A stretch of DNA of 64,000 bases from Eledone cirrhosa (Eukaryota). This document shows, one piece after another, positions 13,614 to 28,660 of this stretch. Where the stretch lies: the NCBI GenBank assembly GCA_964016885.1, contig OZ024741.1, positions 33,666,001-33,730,000 on the forward strand. The letters are read 5' to 3'. The notes under the pieces were generated by a model. That model searched no databases. It had not been told where the DNA came from and saw only the letters and a program-made list of their open reading frames with translations. The position numbers and the translations under genes are program-made. Position 1 is the first letter of the stretch, and each line of letters begins with the position of its first letter.

Positions 13614-13894
13614 CAAAGGAATTGTGGTAAGGAACCAGATGGACCATAACGCACCAGAGTACTCAATACTTAGGGTAGTAGAGTGGGTAATAGGAAAATG
13701 TTCAAGACCCCGACAGCAGAGCTCAAGCCGTTTTGACGGCTATTCCTGGACTGAGTGCAGAAATAGCCGTCGTAACGGCTTGAGCTCTGCCGTCGGGGTC
13801 TTGAACATTTTCCTATTACCCACTCTACTACCCTAAGTATTGAGTACTCTGGTACGTTATGGTCCATCTGGTTCCTTACCACACTTCCTTCGTA
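13611..13894. mobile_element. Fold-back (palindromic) PLE 3'-end insertion in (TA)n
   Basis: ~134-bp inverted arms around a short spacer; each arm holds a hammerhead 3' half plus the bulged hairpin and tail; same family at 41189, 49845 and 50041. Confidence 0.8.
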
Positions 13895-14005
13895 ATATAT
13901 ATATATATTAAAGAGTTAAACGAGATTCAATGAGTACATCAAAGAATGACTACCTTGATTAAATCTTAACCATCTAACATGTCAGGGTATGTCATGTATC
14001 ATATT

Positions 14006-14070
14006 ATTTTATCTGATGAGGACGTACTGTTGAACTTAATTCAGTACCTCTGAAATATGTATAATAAAAT
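14006..14070 (+). ncRNA. Type I hammerhead ribozyme
   Basis: ATTTTAT-CTGATGA-GGACGTACTG..CAGTACCTCT-GAAA-TATGTA-TA-ATAAAAT; same stem I as 4542 and 37613. Confidence 0.8.
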
Positions 14071-14176
14071 TTAATTGATCACAAGAATATCTATTTTGTT
14101 AATTATATATATATATATATATTAATTGCCCCAGCATGGCCTCAGCCGGATGGCTGAAACAGGTAAAAGAGTAAAA

Positions 14177-14229
<53 letters not shown>

Positions 14230-14286
14230 AAAGTGAGGTTTTTTTACAAAATGAAAAATAACCGAGGTGTCCTAGACGAGTGAAAG

Positions 14287-14332
<46 letters not shown>

Positions 14333-14443
14333 TGTATGTATGTATGTATGTATGTATGTATGTATATGCGTTCCTATACATAATCTTCATATAAGTGAGA
14401 TATATATGTACGTATACACGAGGTTCAGTGTTTAGGTATCACC

Positions 14444-17400
14444 GTGTGTATATGTATATATGTGTATGTATTACAGGCTATATGGTTGTATGTGTGTATG
14501 TATTACAGTGTATATGTATATATGTGTATGTATTACAGTCTATATGGTTGTATATGTGTATGTATTACAGTCTATATGTATATATGTGTATGTATTAACG
14601 GCTATATGGTTGTATGTGTGTATGTATTACAGTCTATATGTATATATGTGTATGTATTACAGGCTATATGGTTGTATGTGTGTATGTATTACAGTGTATA
14701 TGTATATATGTGTATGTATTACAGTCTATATGGTTGTATATGTGTATGTATTACAGTCTATATGTATATATGTGTATGTATTACAAGCTATATGGTTGTA
14801 TATGTGTATGTATTACAGTCTATATGTATATATGTGTATGTATTACAGGCTATATGGTTGTATGTGTGTATGCATTACAGTCTATATGTATATATGTGTA
14901 TGTATTACAGGCTATATGGTTGTATGTGTGTATGCATTACAGTCTATATGTATATATGTGTATGTATTACAGTCTATATGGTTGTATATGTGTATGTATT
15001 ACAGTCTATATGTATATATGTGTATGTATTACAGGCTATATGGTTGTATGTGTGTATGCATTACAGTCTATATGTATATATGTGTATGTATTACAGTCTA
15101 TATGGTTGTATATGTGTATGTATTACAGTCTATATGTATATATGTGTATGTATTACAGGCTATATGGTTGTATATGTGTATGTATTACAGTCTATATGTA
15201 TATATGTGTATGTATTACAGGCTATATGGTTGTATGTGTGTATGTATTACAGTCTATATGTATATATGTGTATGTATTACAGGCTATATGGTTGTATGTG
15301 TGTATGTATTACAGTCTATATGTATATATGTGTATGTATTACAGTCTATATGGTTGTATATGTGTATGTATTACAGTCTATATGTATATATGTGTATGTA
15401 TTACAGGCTATATGTATATATGTGTATGTATTACAGTCTATATGGTTGTATATGTGTATGTATTACAGTCTATATGTATATATGTGTATGTATTACAGGC
15501 TATATGGTTGTATATGTGTATGTATTACAGTCTATATGTATATATGTGTATGTATTACAGTCTATATGTATATATGTGTATGTATTACAGGCTATATGGT
15601 TGTATGTGTGTATGTATTACAGCCTATATGTATATATGTGTATGTATTACAGTCTATATGGTTGTATGTGTGTATGTATTACAGTCTATATGTATATATG
15701 TGTATGTATTACAGTCTATATGGTTGTATGTGTGTATGTATTACAGTCTATATGTATATATGTGTATGTATTACAGTCTATATGTATATATGTGTATGTA
15801 TTACAGGCTATATGGTTGTATGTGTGTATGTATTACAGTCTATATGTATATATGTGTATGTATTACAGTCTATATGGTTGTATATGTGTATGTATTACAG
15901 TCTATATGTATATATGTGTATGTATTACAGTCTATATGTATATATGTGTATGTATTACAGGCTATATGGTTGTATGTGTGTATGTATTACAGTCTATATG
16001 TATATATGTGTATGTATTACAGGCTATATGGTTGTATGTGTGTATGTATTACAGCCTATATGTATATATGTGTATGTATTACAGGCTATATGGTTGTATG
16101 TGTGTATGTATTACAGTCTATATGTATATATGTGTATGTATTACAGGCTATATGGTTGTATGTGTGTATGTATTACAGCCTATATGTATATATGTGTATG
16201 TATTACAGGCTATATGGTTGTATGTGTGTATGTATTACAGGCTATATGGTTGTATGTGTGTATGTATTACAGTGTATATGTATATATGTGTATGTATTAC
16301 AGTCTATATGGTTGTATATGTGTATGTATTACAGTCTATATGTATATATGTGTATGTATTACAAGCTATATGGTTGTATATGTGTATGTATTACAGTCTA
16401 TATGTATATATGTGTATGTATTACAGGCTATATGGTTGTATGTGTGTATGCATTACAGTCTATATGTATATATGTGTATGTATTACAGGCTATATGGTTG
16501 TATGTGTGTATGCATTACAGTCTATATGTATATATGTGTATGTATTACAGTCTATATGGTTGTATATGTGTATGTATTACAGTCTATATGTATATATGTG
16601 TATGTATTACAGGCTATATGGTTGTATGTGTGTATGCATTACAGTCTATATGTATATATGTGTATGTATTACAGTCTATATGGTTGTATATGTGTATGTA
16701 TTACAGTCTATATGTATATATGTGTATGTATTACAGGCTATATGGTTGTATATGTGTATGTATTACAGTCTATATGTATATATGTGTATGTATTACAGGC
16801 TATATGGTTGTATGTGTGTATGTATTACAGTCTATATGTATATATGTGTATGTATTACAGGCTATATGGTTGTATGTGTGTATGTATTACAGTCTATATG
16901 TATATATGTGTATGTATTACAGTCTATATGGTTGTATATGTGTATGTATTACAGTCTATATGTATATATGTGTATGTATTACAGGCTATATGTATATATG
17001 TGTATGTATTACAGTCTATATGGTTGTATATGTGTATGTATTACAGTCTATATGTATATATGTGTATGTATTACAGGCTATATGGTTGTATATGTGTATG
17101 TATTACAGTCTATATGTATATATGTGTATGTATTACAGTCTATATGTATATATGTGTATGTATTACAGGCTATATGGTTGTATGTGTGTATGTATTACAG
17201 CCTATATGTATATATGTGTATGTATTACAGTCTATATGGTTGTATGTGTGTATGTATTACAGTCTATATGTATATATGTGTATGTATTACAGTCTATATG
17301 GTTGTATGTGTGTATGTATTACAGTCTATATGTATATATGTGTATGTATTACAGTCTATATGTATATATGTGTATGTATTACAGGCTATATGGTTGTATG

Positions 17401-18240
17401 TGTGTATGTATTACAGTCTATATGTATATATGTGTATGTATTACAGTCTATATGGTTGTATATGTGTATGTATTACAGTCTATATGTATATATGTGTATG
17501 TATTACAGTCTATATGTATATATGTGTATGTATTACAGGCTATATGGTTGTATGTGTGTATGTATTACAGTCTATATGTATATATGTGTATGTATTACAG
17601 GCTATATGGTTGTATGTGTGTATGTATTACAGCCTATATGTATATATGTGTATGTATTACAGGCTATATGGTTGTATGTGTGTATGTATTACAGTCTATA
17701 TGTATATATGTGTATGTATTACAGGCTATATGGTTGTATGTGTGTATGTATTACAGCCTATATGTATATATGTGTATGTATTACAGGCTATATGGTTGTA
17801 TGTGTGTATGTATTACAGGCTATATGGTTGTATGTGTGTATGTATTACAGTCTATATGTATATATGTGTATGTATTACAGGCTATATGGTTGTATGTGTG
17901 TATGTATTACAGTCTATATGTATATATGTGTATGTATTACAGGCTATATGGTTGTATGTGTGTATGTATTACAGTCTATATGTATATATGTGTATGTATT
18001 ACAGTCTATATGGTTGTATATGTGTATGTATTACAGTCTATATGTATATATGTGTATGTATTACAGGCTATATGGTTGTATGTGTGTATGTATTACAGTC
18101 TATATGTATATATGTGTATGTATTACAGGCTATATGGTTGTATGTGTGTATGTATTACAGTCTATATGTATATATGTGTATGTATTACAGGCTATATGGT
18201 TGTATGTGTGTATGCATTGGAGTCTATATGTATATATGTG
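14444..18240. repeat. Satellite of alternating 30-bp and 32-bp units
   Basis: Units tattacagtctatatgtatatatgtgtatg and tattacaggctatatggttgtatgtgtgtatg repeated across ~3.8 kb. Confidence 0.97.
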
Positions 18241-18585
18241 TTCCTAGCACTATGTCTGCAGTGCAACATGTCATCAAATGAGCATTTATGTATTCATATA
18301 CGTGGATATTTCATTTCCGCAATTACTGACATCTGAAAACATACATACACATAAAATCAAACGACTGTGTACAAACATGTAATAAACTGCACATGCGCAC
18401 TCATTCCGATCAAACACACATCGAATCACACACATACACGCTCACACACATACGCATACACAATTAAACACGAACCAACATACACATAAGTCACATACAC
18501 ATGCAAACAAACACACTACCAAGCTTATATTCTCACACGCCCGCACGCACACACATATGAACACACACACACACACAAATATATA

Positions 18586-18689
18586 TACAGGATATCCCAA
18601 AAAGATTTATATACACTTTGATTACCTGTACAGGCAATATTTATTAGAATGCTGTTAAGTGTGTATACATTTTAGAGGGACACCCTGTA
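18586..18689. mobile_element. Tc1/mariner-type MITE
   Basis: TA|CAGGATATCCC...GGGACACCCTG|TA imperfect terminal inverted repeats (TIRs) with TA flanks. Confidence 0.65.
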
Positions 18690-19104
18690 TATGTATGTAA
18701 ATATCACACATATAATTATATATATATACGCTCACACACACACACACACATGACTAACAGAAGACAAACACATACACACACGTGCATCTACATCTACGTA
18801 TTCCGAGAGACTATTTAAGTCGTTCAGCTCTCAAGCATGCGCGCCTTTCATTTAATTCCTACGGTATCAAAGCAACGTATTGGAAATAAATTCTATACAT
18901 TGGACCCAATATATTCCATTAAGAATATATCCGAAGACACACCGTTCTACAGAATATTGCATTAAACCTAGAAGAACATTACTCTAGAATTATTCCATTT
19001 CCTTTCCTTATTTTTTTCTCTTAATTTCCATTTTTTACATGTAAAAAAATGTTTTTTATAGTTTTTGAAATGAGGATGTTTATAGTTAAAAAATATATGT
19101 CTAA

Positions 19105-19164
<60 letters not shown>

Positions 19165-19236
19165 TCTTCGACATATATTTTTTAAACTATAAACATCCTC
19201 ATTTCAAAAATTATAAAAAACATACATATATATATA

Positions 19237-19278
<42 letters not shown>

Positions 19279-19929
19279 ATACGTAAGCATATAGTTTTCT
19301 TTATTTTCGTTCCGTGCTGTACAGCATATTGGTCTGTCCTTGTACTATTCTGATAGTACATCCGTTTTTTCTATGAGAAGTTCGTAGACGCCTCGCTTAA
19401 ATGTTTTCCATTTTTGGAAAATGGACCTGTAAGTATGTATGTATGTGTGTATATATATATATATACATACATACATACATATATATATGAAAACATATAC
19501 ACACATAAACTGTACGTTTATATACAATAAATATATGAATAGTCTCGCTGCTGAAGAAAAATACCTTTTCTTGAAAAGAAAAATTATATATTTCTCTATT
19601 TTCCTCTATGAATATATCACAGAATTGCCAGTATGGTCAGAGAATGTCAGACAATGCTGTTTCAAGATTTGTTAATCGTTCATACATACAGACATACATG
19701 CACACATATATATATATGTACGTATGGGTTTACCGAACATTTATTATAATGCTCGGTTTGTTTGTAAACAATGTATGTATATACATACTACTGTACATCT
19801 GTATACCGTCTTTTAAAGGGCCTAACTTTGGGGCTAGTAATGAAAATAAAAACTAATTTATTTACGAAGCATAAGGTAAATTTCTAAATGCAAAACGTTT
19901 GTTGTTTTATTATCATTATTTTTTTTTTA

Positions 19930-20118
19930 ATGCACTGGGTAATTGCTGGCCTTGTGCCTAAAGTAGAAACAATTATTTTTTTTTTTGTTCAAATTTTTTT
20001 GAGTTCAAATCCCGCCGAGGTTAACTTTGTCTTTCATCCTTACGGGGTCGATAAAATAAAGTACCAGTAATACACTGAGTAATTGCTGGCCTTGTGCCTA
20101 ACGTAGAAACAATTATTT
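19930..20118 (+). mobile_element. SINE family B, partial, with duplicated 3' tail
   Basis: Tail taatgcactgggtaattgctggccttgtgcctaaagtagaaacaatt at 19929-19975 and again at 20068-20115 after the core. Confidence 0.85.
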
Positions 20119-20664
20119 ATTTTTTGTTCCATTCTCTCAAGTGACTTCTACCATAAACTGGAGTTAGCCATAAAAAAATTAAGTACACGTCAGATAATCT
20201 GGTTGTGAGTTCCCTATAAACAGGAAAAAGACCGCCTTTGATGATAGGCCTGCTCAATCAACAATAACGACGACAATAATCACTAACACCACCATCTGCA
20301 CGTTCTTCACTCTCACCATCGTTGTCATTACATTAACCATTATCTCTGGCACCTGATCAACTGCTAATCCCACCACCACCACCACCACCACCACCCCACA
20401 ACATCAATAACCGTCATCTCAATCTCCAGCATCTCAACCACGTAACCATATTTGTTTTAACATCATCTTCCGCACCATTTCTCTCATCACCAGTATCACT
20501 ATCAGCACCACACCACCACCAAAACTACTATTGTTCCAGTCCTATTCTTACTGCTAAACAACACCGCCATTTTGACGATAGTAAAGCAGCATCAGTAGAG
20601 CTACAACCTCATCCTCTCCATTATCATCACCACCTCCACACCAAACACCATTTTCACCATCATC

Positions 20665-21570
20665 AACACCACCACCAAAACTACAGCCTCACCACCACCA
20701 CTAAGACTACCACCAAAACTACAGCATCCCCACCACCATCAACACCACCACCACCAAAACTACAGCCTCGCCACCACCACCAAGACTACCACCAAAACTA
20801 CAGCATCCCCACCACCATCAACACCACCACCAAAACTACAGCCTTGCCACCACCACCAATACTACCACCACCAAAACTACAGCATCCCCACCACCATCAA
20901 CACTACCACCAAAACTACAGCATCCCCACCACCATCAACACCACCACCAAAACTACAGCCTTGCCACCACCACCAATACTACCACCACCAAAACTACAGC
21001 ATCCCCACCACCATCAACACCACCACCAAAACTACAGCCTCGCCACCACCACCAAGACTACCACCACCAAAACTACAGCATCCCCACCACCATCAACACC
21101 ACCACCAAAACTACAGCCTCGCCACCACCACCAAGACTACCACCACCAAAACTACAGCATCCCCACCACCACCAAGACTACCACCAAAACTACAGCATCG
21201 CCACAACCATCAACACCACCACCACCAAAACTACAACCTTGCCACCACCACCAAGAACACCACCAAAACTACAGCCTCATCCCTCTATCGTTTTCTCTAT
21301 TAACACAATCACTATGATCACCAGCATCACCTCCACCATCAATCATCCACCACACCAACTACCACCACACCATCACCACACCAACCACCACCACACCAAA
21401 CACCACCACACCAACTACCACCACACCAACTACCACCACACCAACCACTACCACCACCACACCAGCCACCACACCAACTACCACCACACCAACCTCACAA
21501 CCACACCAATCACCATCCACCACCATCACACCAACCTCACAACAACAAACAGCTCACCATACCACCACTA
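20665..21570. repeat. (ACC)-rich minisatellite (ccaccaccaaaactacagc units)
   Basis: Many tandem copies of accaaaactacagc spaced ~33-40 bp. Confidence 0.9.
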
Positions 21571-21898
21571 AACATCCATTGGATATAGAGACTCAACACT
21601 GCCAAAATAAAATTTATTCACAATAGTGACTGTTCGATGTTTCATCGATATTGATTTCTCAAAACAGTTTTGAGAAATCTGCGCTGGTGAAACTTCGAAG
21701 TCACTATAGCTGATATATATGTGTCTTTCGTTTGTATTTTTATTTTCAAAAAATAATCCTTTCAGGTTTCCCCTTAAAAAAAATTGTTTTTCGTTCTTGT
21801 CTTGTCCTCTCTTTGTTAATTTTCCTAATTTTTATCTAAAGACATTTTTTCCAATTCCAACCCGCTCGTCCCCTCAATCAATCTTATTTCTCATTCTT

Positions 21899-21934
21899 TC
21901 TTCTGATGAAGGACTAACGTCCGAAACGTTATGA
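21899..21934 (+). ncRNA. Minimal hammerhead ribozyme (family of 4230)
   Basis: TCTT-CTGATGA-A-GGAC-TAAC-GTCC-GAAA-CG-TT-ATGA; stem I imperfect. Confidence 0.7.
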
Positions 21935-22030
21935 CCCTCTTCCTGCTATATCAAGCGTTAACCTAATATATCCCTTCCATATACTGTACCGATTGTGTTG
22001 TTATTTCTGTTTACCTTTTACATATATATA

Positions 22031-22397
<367 letters not shown>

Positions 22398-23219
22398 ATA
22401 TATATATAAACATATATATGTGTGTGCGTATATTTCTATTCACATGCATGCACGCGCAAACACCTATCATATATTATATACATGTGCATGTGTGTATGTA
22501 TGCATATCTATATATATATATATGTATTTATACATACGCATACTCATACATACACACATATATAAACATACATACATAAATACATACATAGATACAAACA
22601 TACATAAACATATACACACATACATACATACATACATACATACATACATACATACATACATACATACATACATACATACATACATACATACATACTCCTT
22701 TCCTTATTTTGGCAGCGTTTGCAAGCTATTTCCTGAACCGGTTTAAAATGCCAACACATCAAAGATACTAGAAAATATAGAAAAAATATATAGAAATTTA
22801 CTGTAGTAGAAAAACACTAGAAAAATATAGAAAAATATATAGAAATCTACTGTAGTAGAAAAACATTAGTAAAATATAGAAAAATAACAACTAAAAAGAC
22901 CAAAAGTAGCAACAATAAGAAAAATAATACAAGTGAAATAAGAAAAAACAACTCAAACAGTAAAAATGGAGTATCAACTTGAGATATCGTTATTATTTTG
23001 AGGTGGGGGTGATGTTGCGAAGAGTATTAGTTGATATAGAATTAATTTTAGCAGGAAGTAGTTAAAGTATTTGTAAGGGCAACGAGCGTAGAAATTGGTA
23101 AGCTGTCTAAATAAGAATATGTTTTCTTTCTTGTTGAGAGACATCTTGTTTCGTAAAATCAGAATGAGTTTGTAAATATGGCGGTGTGGCGTAGGGAGAT
23201 TGTAAAGGGCTTTTATCGG

Positions 23220-23792
23220 TCTGGTTGGTTGGTTGGCTGGTTGGCTGATTGGTTGGTTGGCTAGTTGGCTAGTTGGCTGATTAATTGGATGGTTGTCTGG
23301 CTGGTTGGTTGGTTAACTAGTTGGTTGGTTGATTGGTTGGTTGTAGGCTGGTTGTTGGTTGATTGGTTGGTTGACTAGTTGGTTGGTTGACTAGCTGGTT
23401 GGCTGACTGGTTGCTGATTGGTTGGTTGCTGGCTGGTTGGTTGACTAGCTGGTTGGCTGACTGTTTGCTGGTTGATTGGTTGGTTGTTGGTTGGTTGATT
23501 GGCTGGTTGGTTGGTTGGTTGGTTGGTTGGTTGGTTGGTTGGTTGGTTGGTTGGTTGGTTGGTTGGTTGAGTGGTTGGTTGGTTGATTGGCTGGTTGGTT
23601 GGTTGGTTGGTTGGTTGGTTGGTTGGCTGGTTGGTTGATTGGTTGGCTGGGTGGTTGATTGGTTGGTGGTTGGGTGGGTGGTGGTTGGCTGGCTGGCTAG
23701 TTGATTGGTTGTTGATTGGTTGGCTTGTTGGCTGATTAATAGGGTGGCTGGTTGGCTTGATGGTTGGTTGACTGGTTGATTGGTTGGTTGGA
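23220..23792. repeat. Degenerate (GGTT)n microsatellite
   Basis: Visible tetranucleotide array. Confidence 0.95.
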
Positions 23793-23907
23793 TCATATTA
23801 TATAAGTAGTATATATATGTGTAAAAGGTAAACAGAAATAACAACACAATCGGTACAGTATATGGAAGGTATATATTAGGTTAACGCTTGATATAGCAGG
23901 AAAAGGG

Positions 23908-23943
23908 TCTGAACGTTTCGGACGCTAGTCCTTCATCAGAAGA
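23908..23943 (-). ncRNA. Minimal hammerhead ribozyme (family of 4230)
   Basis: Minus strand TCTT-CTGATGA-A-GGAC-TAGC-GTCC-GAAA-CG-TT-CAGA. Confidence 0.7.
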
Positions 23944-24544
23944 AAGAATGAGAAATAAAATAGATTGAGGAGACGGGTGGGATGGAATTGGAAAAAATGT
24001 CTTTAGATAAAAATAACAGGTCCATTGATGTTGACATCTCTTGCAAAACTGTTGGTGCTGGCGTTTTGTGTATGATGGCGCGCGTCTACCTGAAATGGAA
24101 AAAAAACGTTTTGTAAAAAGAGGAGCACGTGCATATATATATATATATACATATTTGAAGAAATGTCAACAGAAACAGAACAGAGATGTAATAACGCAGT
24201 CTTATTAGTGCCACGCTTAGGGGGAAGTAATATATATATATATGAAAAACATGGGGAGAAAAATACTGCATGGTTGCACGTGGATCACATATGATAAAAT
24301 TAGTCCCTCATCAGTGATTTGCCAACGATCATTGGTATTTCATCGCATTAAAAATCATATACCTCAGGTTGGTGCGAGCAATAACTAAAATAAGCTATTG
24401 GGACAAGTGAGTTGCGTAAAGCGAGTGAGACAAGTAAACAACATAGGAGGAAAAGCAAACCGAAGATGGGAAAAAAACAAGCAACATGGTTATCCGATCA
24501 GCATCATTAGCTGGGTGAATTTCATGAGCGCTCAGAAAAGAGAC

Positions 24545-24632
<88 letters not shown>

Positions 24633-25166
24633 CTTCCTCCTAAGCGTGGCACTAATAAGACTGCGTTATTACATCTCTGTTCTGTTTCTGTTGACATTTC
24701 TTCAAATATGTGAGTGTGTGTGTGTGTGGGGGGGGGGGGTTATGGTATTTATATTGTGAAAAATGAATAAATAACTAAATAAATGGAGGATGTTGGTAAA
24801 ACAGAATGAAAAAAATAAAGGACTTAAAATACGAAGATGGTGTTTCTTAGTCCCAGGTTAACTTTACATGAAGAGATATATCATCAACAACAATCCAGTT
24901 ATGACCATCCCAGCCTCGAATACGCAGAGAACTATAGGCCACATTCGGCAACGAGTTCTTTTCTAAGACAGATTTGATTTCAGGAGATATTAGCTGCTGC
25001 GTAGGTGAGGTCGAGAAAACTACTTTGCAGTTCTAATATGATTAAGCGGACATTTACTTATCCAGCCATAATGTATACACACACACACACACATACATAC
25101 ACACACACACACACATACACATACACACATACATATATTATATACAGATATATATATATAATATAC

Positions 25167-25370
<204 letters not shown>

Positions 25371-26743
25371 GTACACATATAAGGCTATATATGAAACAGA
25401 TGGATACACAAAAACGAATACAAACAAATTGATGTGCATATAGACATATGTTATAAAACAGTATATAGATAGACAGATGGATGAGTGCGTGCGTACATGT
25501 GTATACGCGTTCATATATATATATATACATATGTGTATATGTGTGTTTATATATATATATATACATACATGCATACATACATACTTACATATACATACAT
25601 ACTTACATATACACACATATATGTATATACATATATATGTGCATATATACATATACATGCATATAAATATATACAAACATATATATATATAAATGTATAT
25701 ATTCATTCATAAAAAAGAAGGGATTGGAGTATTGTGTCCTTAATTATGAACAACGTTTGTGATGCAAAAACATATTTGTACTTGAAACCATGCCAAACCC
25801 TGTAGAAGACGCATGCCTAAACATACTTTCACAAATTCAAACGAAAATAATATAAAAAAAACTATAGAATAACTATAAGTCATATAAACAGATACTTATG
25901 CTCTTAATAAAGAATACAAGCAGAAGCATGTAATAAGGTAAAACTGTATGGTAGACTAGTAATTGGTAATCCATATAGGGAAAGGTAGCAAGCTAAGAGA
26001 CTAATGGAGATTAAGACAGAAATATTATATTTGTGAAAACAAAATGACGTTAAATTAGCTATGAATATAATTGCATTTATATATAGATATACAATATGAG
26101 TTCATCCATTAGTTTATGTATATGGTTCGAAATACTTAAAGATTGTTTATATTTCGTGTTGCTTTGAAAAAATATGCTGTTGCTTTCTTTGTAGTGTTCT
26201 TTTTTTTTTCCCCTCTCTCTCAAATAAATTCCCAATAAATCTGGACTGTTCTGTTTTCGGTTTCGAAACGTATGTTTCGCTTCTATGAGAAACTGTAGAG
26301 CAAATTGGGGCAATTTAATAATTCCAACAAAATATTCGCGCAATCCAATAAAATGAAGTAAAAAATCTCTATTAAATTGAAAACACTACTCCCTTCAAAT
26401 TCAGATTCAACTAGCATATATATATACGTTTCAAAATTACGTTTTAATTTAGATTTATTTCGAATATTTCGCAGAGTACAACGGTTAGATAGTTTTTATC
26501 CTAACCACTTCGATAGCCTGAGCTCGTGGGATGGTATAAAAACATTTAAAGTAATTTCGCACAACTTGAAAAACTTAAAAATATTAAAAACTTCCTCGAA
26601 TTTTTTTTCATTTCGTGATGTTGCTTCTAAGCCAGGAGCCAACTGGCTTAAAAACAACATCAACATATTCTGCGAAATATGTATTACGTAGATAAAAATA
26701 AACCTAAATCAAATGCATATGGCCTCCGATCTTTTGGATACTG

Positions 26744-26822
<79 letters not shown>

Positions 26823-27919
26823 ATATTGATATCTAGACATATACATTAATATATAGATATATTTCCTGCTATTATGTATATATACATCTCTTTCTTTCCC
26901 TCTCTCTCTCTATATATATATGTGTGTGTGTGTATATATATGTATGTGTGTGTGTGTGTATACATCTATACATATTCATATATCCTTAATTATTATATTT
27001 CCTTTTAATATATCGACCTTGTTTTGCATCATGATTTGACGGTTGACCTTATATCGTATAACTTCTGACCTTATATCCTTTACACACACGTTCACACACA
27101 CACGTACATATACACTCACTCGTACACACACATCACATACATATACACACACTCAAACACACAGATACTCACGCACATTCATACACACACAGTCTCCGAT
27201 ATATTTATTCCCATGCAACATAAACACACACACACACACACAGTCTCCAACTTATTTACTTCGTTACACACATACACTCACGCATACATGTACATTCATA
27301 CTCATAAACGCACACACACGCACACACACACACACTCATACACACAGTTGCCAATTAATTCACTGCCACACACACACACGCACACATACACACACACACA
27401 CACACAATGCAATGTCCTAATTAATCTCAACCCACGGATTCTGTCGTTACGGGTGTACGCGGAAGTAAATTGACATGTGACTAAATTTGGCTCATGTCAC
27501 GTGGGAGGATGCGAGATGTCAAAGATGTAGGGATGTGGGGGGGGGGGGGGGGGGCTAATCAGAAGCACTTAATGACACTAAATTGAAAAAAATAAACATG
27601 TCGAATGTCTTTATACCTTCTGTATTCTTTCACTCTTGTATTGGTTCCAGTCTTTAGATAGCGACCCAGCTGGGGCACTACCTACGAAGATTGAGTCCAT
27701 CATATCGACTCCAGGATTTAGTAGTTGTTTTTTTTTTATTTTATTTTATTTTTATTTTATTTTTTTTTCATCAATTTCTATTTGTCGAACAGCTTAGTTA
27801 TGGGACATAAACAAACAGCACCTTTCATTAAGTAATATCATTAAGCAAACAGTCATACCTGACATAGACATACATAAATAAATGCACACGTACGTACACA
27901 CATACACAGGTATATATAA

Positions 27920-27993
<74 letters not shown>

Positions 27994-27996
<3 letters not shown>

Positions 27997-28305
27997 GGTG
28001 CATGGTTTAGTGGTTAGAGCCATGGGATTGCAATCGGGAGGTTGTGAGTTCGATTCTTGGACCGGGAGATGCATTATGTCCTTGAGCATGACACTTTATT
28101 TCACGTTGCTCCAGTTCGCTCAGCTGTAGACGTCCCTGGTGCCAAGCTGTATTGTCCATTGCCTTTACCCTGGACAACATTGATGACGTGGAGAGGGGAG
28201 ACTAGTATGCATGGCAAACGGCTGGTCTTCCATAAACAACCTTGCGCCTCATGGGGAACTTTCTAGGTGCAAATCCCACGGTCATTCGTGACCGAAGGGG
28301 TCTCT
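27994..28305 (+). mobile_element. tRNA-derived SINE family A, full length
   Basis: A box TGGTTTAGTGG, B box GAGTTCGATTC, core ccttgagcatgacactttatttcacgttgctccagt and tail gaccgaagggggtctct. Confidence 0.9.
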
Positions 28306-28660
28306 CTCTATATATATATATATATGTGTGTGGAGCACACTCGCAGTTTCCGCCTGCCATTCTTCGTTCACTGGGCTCTGGGCCAACCTCGGGCTATGGG
28401 AGAAAGTACTTGTCCAATAAAGCCCTAGAGAACTTCTTAACTGCACCACAATGCCCTCCATGTCTATATATCTTCTTTTCTATTTAGATATTGGACAGCG
28501 GCCACGCTGGAGCACTGCATTCTATAGTTTTAGTCGATTATATTCACTCAGTACATTGATGTAAATAATTGATAACTCGTTTGGATAAAAATACCGCAAG
28601 GTACCTACACCAAATATTTACAGACCTAATAACATACCTGCATGCACACAGATACGTTCA

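Noticed and set aside
14444-18240. CRISPR-like array
   Set aside because: No unique spacers, no cas genes, eukaryotic context.
14444-18336. Three ORFs of >1200 aa rich in Cys/Tyr/Met/Val
   Set aside because: All three + frames are open only because the satellite unit lacks stop codons; the translations are permutations of one repeat.
19283-19680. Further minus-strand exons (19283-19427, ~19564-19680)
   Set aside because: Plausible splice signals, but I found stops in the frames tried and no recognisable product.
20844-21571. Extensin- or mucin-like Pro/His/Thr ORF
   Set aside because: ACC-rich minisatellite, open in several frames.
24015-24110. Strong minus-strand splice acceptor (ttccatttcag)
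   Set aside because: Gives an immediate stop in the needed phase and runs into a hammerhead repeat; more likely part of that element.
27994-28070. tRNA gene
   Set aside because: A and B boxes belong to the SINE head; no complete cloverleaf, and it continues into the SINE core.
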